From IMG/VR virus record IMGVR_UViG_3300023175_000005, positions 62,001 to 126,000 of that record: a DNA stretch of 64,000 bases, one strand, 5' to 3'. The position numbers were made by a program, and so were the translations under genes. Of this stretch, positions 57,601 through 64,000 are shown piece after piece. The notes below the pieces were generated by a model. The model saw only the letters and a program-made list of their open reading frames with translations, ran no database searches and was not told the origin of the DNA. The stretch's first letter is position 1. Every line of letters starts with the position of its first letter.

Positions 57601-60600
57601 TTATAAAATTGCTGATTATGAAGTATATGAAAAACCCGAGGACTATGCCAATGCGCCGTTTGTAATGTCTACTGCAAAACTAAACACAAGCCGTAATAAT
57701 GGTTGGGTGCGTTTACAAGATGTTAAAGGTGCTGTTACAACTTATAAAGGACTGTTAGATCTTAACATAGCAACTACATATATTGGCGATAATATTTGGA
57801 TACAAAACAAAAAGAATGAATGGGATGTTGTAACTCAAGTTAAAGAAACAAATAAAATTGTAGGTTATGATATTGAAGTTGAAGGAGCATATACTGATTC
57901 TAGAGGTAACACATTAAATGTATTAAAAATTGTGTTTGACAAATATGTTGATTTTACTAAAGGTGAAATTATTGGCATTTATGGCGGCTTGTCTACTATT
58001 ACAGGATATTGGGAAATTTTAGAAGTAGGTATAGATTATGTTATAGTTGACACAGGAACATTGTCAGTAACTGAAACACAAATTAACACATTCCCAGATA
58101 GTACAGAAAATGCAGTATCTAGATTTGTTACTAGAAGATTTACTGATATAGAAGAATTAAACGAAGAAGTTAAAGATTTATTCCATGTAGAAAATGATAA
58201 AGTATGGATTGAAAAGGTTGATGGCAATTGGGGATTATACGAAAACGAAGGTATCTTTACTTTACAAAAAGAAGTTTATAATCCATCGGGCGATCAAGAC
58301 GGATTTGCAACTGCTTATGATGTAAATTCAAATAACACATACATTCCTATTGCAAGTTTAGGACACCCTGGAGAAGAAGGCATACTTAGACTTTTCTATC
58401 GTCCAAATGAACAATTAGAAATCAGCCTAAGACAAATAATGGAACCTGAATTAGTAAGCGATCCAGAAATTGGATTTGGCAGAACAGTTGCAATTTCAGA
58501 TGATGCAACTTATATTGCTGTAGGTGCTCCTTACACAAGTAATGTAAAAACACTTTATATTGATGAATTACAACCTGATGTAATTTATTATGAAGGAGAT
58601 ATTGTTAGAGATAGAGGTGTTTTATGGCAAGCAAACAAAGACATTGGACTATACTATGATAGCGTAGGTGATAGTTCTACTATTACTATTAATGATGCTG
58701 ATTGGGACGAAGTTAATCTAATTACAGGATTAGAACCATCGTTAGACATATTGAAAAACCGTTTAGTACCTAGTGTAGAATTTACAGATCAAATGCTGAA
58801 TGTTGCATTGTCTAACCCAACAGCACCAGCAGAGTTTGAAACTTGGGCACGTAGCATTGCAGACGATGGGTTTGCATTTGGTAACATTGACAAAAGCACT
58901 TCACCACCAACAATTAGAAGTGCAGATGTTTTGCAGTTTATAAAAATTAGAGCGGGTACTGCTGCACAAGACAACGTTGACCGTTGGAAAGATATTATTT
59001 TACCTAGTTTATTAGAACAGTCTTGGTACAATGATACCTTTACTTTAGGTCATAGCGGTAGCGGTATTGAAAAACAAGGTACAGTTTATCTATACAAACA
59101 AGATGCTGATACAGGATTGTACGAAGTTGAACATATTATTTGCTCACCGTTTCCAAAGGCAAACGAACAATTTGGTACAAAGGTACAATTAAGGAAAGCA
59201 GCAAACGGTTCTCTTAAAATGTTTGTTGGTGCTCCTGGTGCAGACGGAACTGATGTTGGTAGAATTTACATGCTAGATAACGAAGGCGGTGAATGGAAAT
59301 ATAGTGCTGACAGAAGTTATAAAGGTGTGTACAATGATCTATTCAAATACAATGAAAATGATTTAACGTTCTATAACGGTGCATTGTATAAAGCTGTAAC
59401 TAACATTGCACCTGGTACAAGTTTACCTTCTGATGCTCCTAATTTATGGATTGAACAAACAGATGTAAACACAGAATATACAGGATACGTGCCTAGACAA
59501 AACTTTATTGCAAGTGAAAACGAAGGAGATGTTACTAACCAAAGTATTAACATTGGTAAAGTTTTTGATACAAACAAATTAGGCGATGTACTGGCATTTA
59601 GTGCAAAATCTGGCAATGACGAACTTGTTAGTATCTATACTAATGTTTTTGCTAGATGGAGGCTAAGTCAAAGTATTGTAAATCAAGAAGGTATTGATTA
59701 TAGTGTTGCTGTAAATGATACAGGAGATACAATAGGTATTGGAGCTCCATTATATAACACTGAAGAAATTACAGATGCAGGTAGTGTAAAATTATACACT
59801 CAAAACTCAACAGGCGATACTTGGGAATTAACTCAAACTCTTACAAGTCCATACAAAGAAAAAAACGAAGCATGGGGACTTGCAATTGATTTTTCTGCAG
59901 ATAAACTATTAGTTGTAGGCAAGAATACTGACACACGTACTACTACAACATTTGACAGATATGTTGAATATAAAAAGTATGCAATAGGAAAAAATGAATT
60001 TAAAAATACAATTTACAGTAGATATGTAAATGATAACACAGGTACACAAAATACAGAAAAAACTACATTTGACGGCGGCAGGACTACCTTTGTAACAAAA
60101 GAAATTGATTCGGGAAGATTAGGTATCTACGAAAAGTTAGGTGATAAGTTTATATTTGGTGAAGATCTACCTTACTCAAGAAAAACAATAGCCAATGATT
60201 TAAGTAATATTAAATTACAAGACAACAATGTATATGTTGGATTACCTATGATTAATCCATCTGAATTTACAGATTCATCTCGTTTAGAAAATGAAGATTC
60301 TACTGCCGGTATGTTTGTAAACTTTAGAGCAGATAAGAATAAGAATAGTTGGAAAGTAATTACATCAGAAACTGGTCAAGTTGATCTAAATAAAATTGGT
60401 AGAGTATTTTTATACAGTCAAGCAACAAATGATATTATAACTAATTTAGATGTAATTGATCCTAGACAGGGAAAAATTGCAGGTGTTGCTGATCAAGAAA
60501 TAAATTATAAAACACCTTATGATCCTGCAATTTATAGCAATGGTGGTGCAAAAGTTATTGTTGATCAAGCAGCAAATTGGTGTGAAGAACACGTAGGGGA

Positions 60601-63600
60601 AATTTGGTGGAATATTGATACAGTAAGTTGGTTTAATCCATACCAAGGTCCAATACAATATAGATCTGCAAATTGGCACAAGCAAACACAAACAAGTCTT
60701 GTTACTGTGCTAGAATGGGTAGAAAGCACGGTTCCTCCACAAGAATATATTTCACTTGCTGACACTACACAAGGATATGCACAAGGTATAAGCGGCACAC
60801 CTTACTATGATGCAAACACATATAGTGTAAAAAGCAAAGTTGATTCTGTAAGCGGTCAAGCAAAACTTTACTATTACTTCTGGGTACAAAATAAACAAAC
60901 TATACCTAATATTCCTAATAGAGCATTAAGTGTATTTGAAATAGCAAAATTAATTGAAGATCCATCTAGATATGGATATAGATACATTCAGTTACTTGAT
61001 GACAATAAATTTAGTTTGCATAATGTAAAATCATTTATTAATGACAAAGACACTATTTTACACTTTACATTAATTGATGATGCAGAGCAAAAAACACCAA
61101 TTCATAATGAATATCAATTAATGAGTTCAGGGTTAGCAACAAGCAAACCAAACGATGAAATAGAATCTAAATGGATTGATAGTTTAGTAGGTTATGATCT
61201 AAATAATGCAACAGTTCCTGATCCAAATCTATCTCCTAAAATGAAGTACGGCATATTAAACTATCCAAGACAGGGTATGTTTATCAACAGAATTGAAGCA
61301 TTAAAACAAGTTGTTGAAAGAGTCAACACGGTATTTGCTAAAACACAAATTGTAGATAATTATGATATTAGTTTGCTACAGCAAAATGATCCTGTACCAA
61401 ATGTTTCTGAAAACCTATACGACACAACAGTTGAAACAACTGATTTATTAAGATTTGTGGGTACTGCAAAAGTACAAACAGCTGAGTTTACACCAGTAAT
61501 TGAAAACAGTAAAATTGTTTCAGTTACAATTACTAATCCGGGACGTGGATATGTTTATCCGCCTACTGTTAGAATAGAAGATACCTATGGCAAGGGTGCT
61601 GTTATCAATACCACAATAAACAACTTAGGACAAGTTACAGGAGCAACTGTAAGAAAGCAAGGTAAAAATTACAGTAATGCAACAACAATAACTGCAAGAC
61701 CATTTAGTGTTCTTGTAAATTCTGATAGTGATATTGGAGGTAGATGGGCAATCTATACATATGATGCAACATCAAGTGAATGGGATAGATTAAGGTCTCA
61801 GTCATATGTAACTACAGGTTATTGGAATTATGCTGATTGGTATGCAACAGGATATAATTCACAAACACCAATTGATCAAACAGTTGATTTGGCATATGAA
61901 TTATTTAGACTAGAAAACAATATTGGCGACATTGTAAAAATTAAAGAAGTTGGCACAGGCGGCTGGCTATTGTTGAAAAAAATTGATGACCAGTTAATTG
62001 AGGATTACACAATTAATTACGAAACTATTGGTCGCCAAAACGGCACTATTAAATTAAGTAACAAACTTTATAATTTCTTAGAAGCTGCTGGCGGTTTTGA
62101 TACTGAAATATACGATACATCATTCTATGATAGAGAACCTATCCAAGAACTTAGAAATATTTTAAGTGCATTAAAAAATGACATCTATATAAATGATTTA
62201 GCAGTAGAGTGGAATAACTTATTCTTTGCAAGTTTAAAATATGCAATGAGCGAACAAACTGACTTAGACTGGGCGTTTAAATCTAGTTTCATTAGAGTAA
62301 AACACGTACTTGGCGATTTTGAACAAAAATTGTCTTACCAAAATGACAACTTAGAAAATTATGAAGACTACGTAAAAGAAGTTAAGCCATATCATAGTAA
62401 GATAAGAGAGTACATTAGTTCTTATGATCATGTTGAACCTACAAACAGTTTAACAACTGACTTTGATGTACCTCCTAGTTATAGTACTTCAAAAGAAATC
62501 GAAACAATTGCTGCAAAATATGATAATGGTAATGTTACAGATATTATTGAAAAGTATCAGCAATATCCTTACAAAAGTTGGGTAGACAATAACGGATATG
62601 ACATCATTCAAATAGAAGTTACTAACGGAGGATCAAACTATAAAGAAACTCCTCCTGTGACTATTTTAGGAGATAGCGGAGCAACAGCAAAAGCATATTT
62701 GTCTAAAGGTAGTGTTAGCAAAATTGAAATTGTCAATATAGGTAGTAAAGTTTATGAAGCACCATTAGTAGTAATTGACGAACCAAGTCCTGGAGGAATA
62801 CAGGCTAAAGCAACTGCTATTATTGGAAACCCATTAGTGCGTTCTACACACATGGTAATGAAGTTTGATAGAACAACAGGCACATACTTGATGACAAATG
62901 TAGACGAATCTGAAACGTTTACTGGCACAGGTTCTACTACTAAGTTTTCTTTAAAATGGCCAATTAATAGAAATACAAATACGTATGAAGTAACTGTAGA
63001 TGGATTACCAATTTTAAAAGGTGAATATTCTGTAGACAATGAAAACGACACATCAAAAGGTTATGACAGAGAATTAGGGTATATTACATTTGAAGAAGCA
63101 CCTGCGACAGGAGCAACAATTGTAATTACATATAAGCGTAATCTAAACATGCTTACAGCAGCAGATAGAATTTATCATGCTTATAACCCAACCGCAGGCA
63201 TGCCTGGCAAGGACCTATCACAACTAATGGACGGTGTTGATTATGATGGCGCTGTATATGATGGTATTAGTTTTGGTACTGAACAAGGTTTTGATATCGG
63301 CGGTTTTGCAGAATACAGATTTGATACCATTGCAAATACAACAGATGATGAAATTTTTGTTTTAGATGGTAGCACAACAACATTTACACTAAGCACTCCG
63401 TTAGAAGACGGTGTGCAATACAACGTATATTGGAAGTCGATAAATGCAAAATTAAATGATGATCCAATAAGACTAGATGATCCTGACTATGATGGAATAA
63501 CAGTATTAGATAACAAATATGCACTAATGTTGCCATTATCAGGTGATGGTGTTACTGATACTGTAAATATCGATTGGACAAAATGGAAAACTGTAGAAGA

Positions 63601-64000
63601 CAGAGATTTTCTTGTTGCAGGTGACACAGTAATAATTAGAAAATCAACAAGTGACGGAAGTTTTGAACTTGCAGGAAGCACATATGACGTTGATTTATCA
63701 GGTGGTGATATTGACTATGGAGATGCACTGGGCGTAAGTCCTAGCGATATTGTTGTAGATGGTGATGGATTTGTAACTCCAACAACTTCAAAAGGACCTG
63801 AGGAACTTGTACCAGGACAATTATTAGATACACTAGACATTTCAGTATATCATAGAACAACAGACGGTACAGGAATGATTGGTTCAATAAATTATATTAT
63901 TGATGAATCAACTTCAGTTTATGTGTTGCCTAGTGTTCCACATAGCAATGATGCTATTATTGTAAAACTAGATAATGAAACTATTGATAATGATAGATAT
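51692..64000 (+). CDS. Giant baseplate-associated protein (gp7-like position), >4100 aa, truncated at the window edge
   Basis: ATG overlaps the gp6 stop (TAATG) with a GGAGG RBS; same frame at the window end (...DNETIDNDRY); N-terminal DFLPKYF and later YVKEVKPYHSKIR motifs. Absent from the ORF track, consistent with no in-frame stop. Confidence 0.8.
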   Translation, partial: MAYDKEQNESGLPTDNNENPKAIDFLPKYFRTDVNKKLLSSTIQQMINPGAVEKINAFAGRRNSKVNQVSDVYLPDVTPDRENYQFEPSIVYKDELDNVLFYKNYPDFIGQIKNFKGPTENHNSLNSQEMYSWNPHIDWDKFANFREYYWLPLGPLPIPVFGEQKEIESTIVVSTVVDDDNTAFLFSSRGATRNPTLRLFKGQTYVFEINTPGHPFTIGITRDFTDTDLGFSVEQEISSEIYDKDMLKYVYDEEGRLVLTEDDYIEEGVIKWTIPDDVPDSLYYLSQNDINTSGIILSFAIEENTEIDLAENVIGKKTYKTGTGVQLSNGMKVYFQGTVTPQEYSEGFFYIEGVGTSIKLIPENDLEVPSIFTSDVEIAWDEYGFDEVPYEDAASFPGTKDYITVNRSSHDRNPWSRYNRWFHKDVIEKSYEVNNTEINLDQNFRAKRPIIEFNAGLKLFNHGTFAKKNVNLVDNFTKDAFSNVEGSLGYNIDGVDLTDGMRVLFTADPDSFVNGKIYEVNFITHNSRRQISLVETTDTMPLENETVLALEGESLGGKMFWYNGTQWIQSQEKTGVNQAPLFDVFDHDGTILNDEITYPASDFIGNKIFSYKEGTGSDDTELGFPLKYRNISNIGDIVFSFDLQNQTVRYQNELRETLTTQTDTGFLKKFSDISTFDYVNGWTKTNILSRQAVIQQQLTVDDEVNNFPITVFNKSGTLSDLVVKAYVDGKKVLDSKFTIDNINNIATVIFQEDLEVGKTLVFRCFSNTPKNENGYYEIPVNLEKNPLNDNLVDFTLGEVNDHVESIIEEVQGFDGIYPGVSNLRDLGNVTHYGKRFVQHSGPFNLAAFHITDKEANIVKAINFVRSEYGKTKRRLIALANESGIEGTAKDQLDAVLERFSKETVSYRNFYYGDMVGKKANTSTTHNIDNSEETYFAIGLTNFDINKLSNQAVYVYLNGVQLLKDRDYTISDNFVNITATLAKGDVVRVDEFENTNGCYIPPTPTKLGLFPLYYPEIQKDHTVRPAVKTFVTPRAQTRFVLENVNKIIEATDLIVQVGDVKAYANVDYNIEKVRNGLFYVDFVEPVAANENVIIGFPQVVIQGHDGSLTKAWNDFRDDFLLEYEYRVYNNIKLKYDASVLDVNNFIPTFDRDTKFTKEQIDNSILGDFTSWLEDAGNLTYTENNFYDARDGFTYNYSFMSNTDGEPLKGFWRSVYKTYYGTDRPNTHPWEMVGLTIKPTWWDEQYGLAPYTSDNILLWTDMAEGIVRTPGTVPQKNKMYKHSKLLNAIPVDSNGKLVDPYNAGLAQNYKFDTASNNFVFGDEAPVETAWRRSSEFPFALLKAWMLNQSAQIFGLAFDRSRIKKNLSNQYVYTETNKAIRCEDLVFPSITSDEDITLTSGLVNFVASYMSSKYSSNYNNYKQRLKGLKNQLSIRVGGFASKEKLKLVLDARSPLNKSSNFVPEENYQIFLNTSSPLETFVFSGMIIEKTADNTYILKGYDGDNPTFPFYRPLETNSDTSITVGGISADYVVWTEDQQYTIGTIVEYQNNWYRTTTTHKSAETFDATKFAKLPTLPVTGGISAKIRKRYETTVSYISYGTILESVQEVVDFMQGYEKFLKQQGFRLDYYNRETDSLEDMTLCIQEFMFWVTQNWEAGTILTTSPCANRCIFTAPYYVVDDIFDDFYGYNLLSGNGEKLGRDLSNIYRDDTNTFGITPSNTNEGIYLIKLPLVQTEHVILLDNATVFNDVIYDVAPGYRQERIKLVGYRTDNWEGGLNIPGFFYDNVKVDFWKTYEDYAVGDVVKFKEFFYSANVKHNSGEVFVSANWNRLSEEPKAELYPNFDYRVNQFTDFYDLDTDNFDTEQQRLGQHLIGYQKREYLSNIIPDSVSQYKFYQGFIQEKGTKNSLTKLFDALSTSGEESLKFFEEWAIRVGSYGALDNKQDLEFKLNESNYKLEPQLFELTNNKTDDADLIYKIADYEVYEKPEDYANAPFVMSTAKLNTSRNNGWVRLQDVKGAVTTYKGLLDLNIATTYIGDNIWIQNKKNEWDVVTQVKETNKIVGYDIEVEGAYTDSRGNTLNVLKIVFDKYVDFTKGEIIGIYGGLSTITGYWEILEVGIDYVIVDTGTLSVTETQINTFPDSTENAVSRFVTRRFTDIEELNEEVKDLFHVENDKVWIEKVDGNWGLYENEGIFTLQKEVYNPSGDQDGFATAYDVNSNNTYIPIASLGHPGEEGILRLFYRPNEQLEISLRQIMEPELVSDPEIGFGRTVAISDDATYIAVGAPYTSNVKTLYIDELQPDVIYYEGDIVRDRGVLWQANKDIGLYYDSVGDSSTITINDADWDEVNLITGLEPSLDILKNRLVPSVEFTDQMLNVALSNPTAPAEFETWARSIADDGFAFGNIDKSTSPPTIRSADVLQFIKIRAGTAAQDNVDRWKDIILPSLLEQSWYNDTFTLGHSGSGIEKQGTVYLYKQDADTGLYEVEHIICSPFPKANEQFGTKVQLRKAANGSLKMFVGAPGADGTDVGRIYMLDNEGGEWKYSADRSYKGVYNDLFKYNENDLTFYNGALYKAVTNIAPGTSLPSDAPNLWIEQTDVNTEYTGYVPRQNFIASENEGDVTNQSINIGKVFDTNKLGDVLAFSAKSGNDELVSIYTNVFARWRLSQSIVNQEGIDYSVAVNDTGDTIGIGAPLYNTEEITDAGSVKLYTQNSTGDTWELTQTLTSPYKEKNEAWGLAIDFSADKLLVVGKNTDTRTTTTFDRYVEYKKYAIGKNEFKNTIYSRYVNDNTGTQNTEKTTFDGGRTTFVTKEIDSGRLGIYEKLGDKFIFGEDLPYSRKTIANDLSNIKLQDNNVYVGLPMINPSEFTDSSRLENEDSTAGMFVNFRADKNKNSWKVITSETGQVDLNKIGRVFLYSQATNDIITNLDVIDPRQGKIAGVADQEINYKTPYDPAIYSNGGAKVIVDQAANWCEEHVGEIWWNIDTVSWFNPYQGPIQYRSANWHKQTQTSLVTVLEWVESTVPPQEYISLADTTQGYAQGISGTPYYDANTYSVKSKVDSVSGQAKLYYYFWVQNKQTIPNIPNRALSVFEIAKLIEDPSRYGYRYIQLLDDNKFSLHNVKSFINDKDTILHFTLIDDAEQKTPIHNEYQLMSSGLATSKPNDEIESKWIDSLVGYDLNNATVPDPNLSPKMKYGILNYPRQGMFINRIEALKQVVERVNTVFAKTQIVDNYDISLLQQNDPVPNVSENLYDTTVETTDLLRFVGTAKVQTAEFTPVIENSKIVSVTITNPGRGYVYPPTVRIEDTYGKGAVINTTINNLGQVTGATVRKQGKNYSNATTITARPFSVLVNSDSDIGGRWAIYTYDATSSEWDRLRSQSYVTTGYWNYADWYATGYNSQTPIDQTVDLAYELFRLENNIGDIVKIKEVGTGGWLLLKKIDDQLIEDYTINYETIGRQNGTIKLSNKLYNFLEAAGGFDTEIYDTSFYDREPIQELRNILSALKNDIYINDLAVEWNNLFFASLKYAMSEQTDLDWAFKSSFIRVKHVLGDFEQKLSYQNDNLENYEDYVKEVKPYHSKIREYISSYDHVEPTNSLTTDFDVPPSYSTSKEIETIAAKYDNGNVTDIIEKYQQYPYKSWVDNNGYDIIQIEVTNGGSNYKETPPVTILGDSGATAKAYLSKGSVSKIEIVNIGSKVYEAPLVVIDEPSPGGIQAKATAIIGNPLVRSTHMVMKFDRTTGTYLMTNVDESETFTGTGSTTKFSLKWPINRNTNTYEVTVDGLPILKGEYSVDNENDTSKGYDRELGYITFEEAPATGATIVITYKRNLNMLTAADRIYHAYNPTAGMPGKDLSQLMDGVDYDGAVYDGISFGTEQGFDIGGFAEYRFDTIANTTDDEIFVLDGSTTTFTLSTPLEDGVQYNVYWKSINAKLNDDPIRLDDPDYDGITVLDNKYALMLPLSGDGVTDTVNIDWTKWKTVEDRDFLVAGDTVIIRKSTSDGSFELAGSTYDVDLSGGDIDYGDALGVSPSDIVVDGDGFVTPTTSKGPEELVPGQLLDTLDISVYHRTTDGTGMIGSINYIIDESTSVYVLPSVPHSNDAIIVKLDNETIDNDRY

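Noticed and set aside
778-63681. Dozens of short ORFs in the track lying antisense to, or out of frame within, long genes
   Set aside because: Shadow ORFs caused by codon bias; no RBS or recognisable motifs.
1-64000. Stop-codon reassignment, inteins, tRNA genes
   Set aside because: Core genes are full length in code 11 and use TAA, TAG and TGA stops; gp20, gp46 and gp47 have normal sizes; no tRNA cloverleaf with a T-loop was recognised in the intergenic regions.

Overview
This window comes from a large, AT-rich T4-like myovirus; ORFs read in standard genetic code 11 and the host cannot be identified from this window. Left to right it holds: a minus-strand glycosyltransferase-like cluster (1-3306); two giant paralogous tail-fibre or appendage genes (3367 aa and 2328 aa) and smaller virion genes; a promoter-to-terminator structured ncRNA beside a cold-shock-like gene; the head module (gp23, gp22, gp21, an acidic core protein, a Maf/DUF115-like gene, portal gp20); the tape measure gene; gp26 with a start-less gp51-like frame; a second structured RNA region behind a GIY-YIG nuclease; gp46, gp47 and gp55; and a plus-strand baseplate operon (gp48/54-like, gp53, hub, gp5, CHAP hydrolase, gp25, gp6, and a >4100-aa ORF running off the right edge). 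Best leads: (1) eight tandem 139-161-aa helical repeats in the 2328-aa virion protein that resemble phycobiliprotein globin domains and keep the bilin-attachment C-x-R-D motif; (2) a -1 frameshift signal fusing gp26 to gp51, like lambda G/GT; (3) two unannotated structured RNAs; (4) a late promoter with an extra upstream element; (5) a possible virion glycosylation system. All homology calls come from motif recognition by eye; no searches were run.
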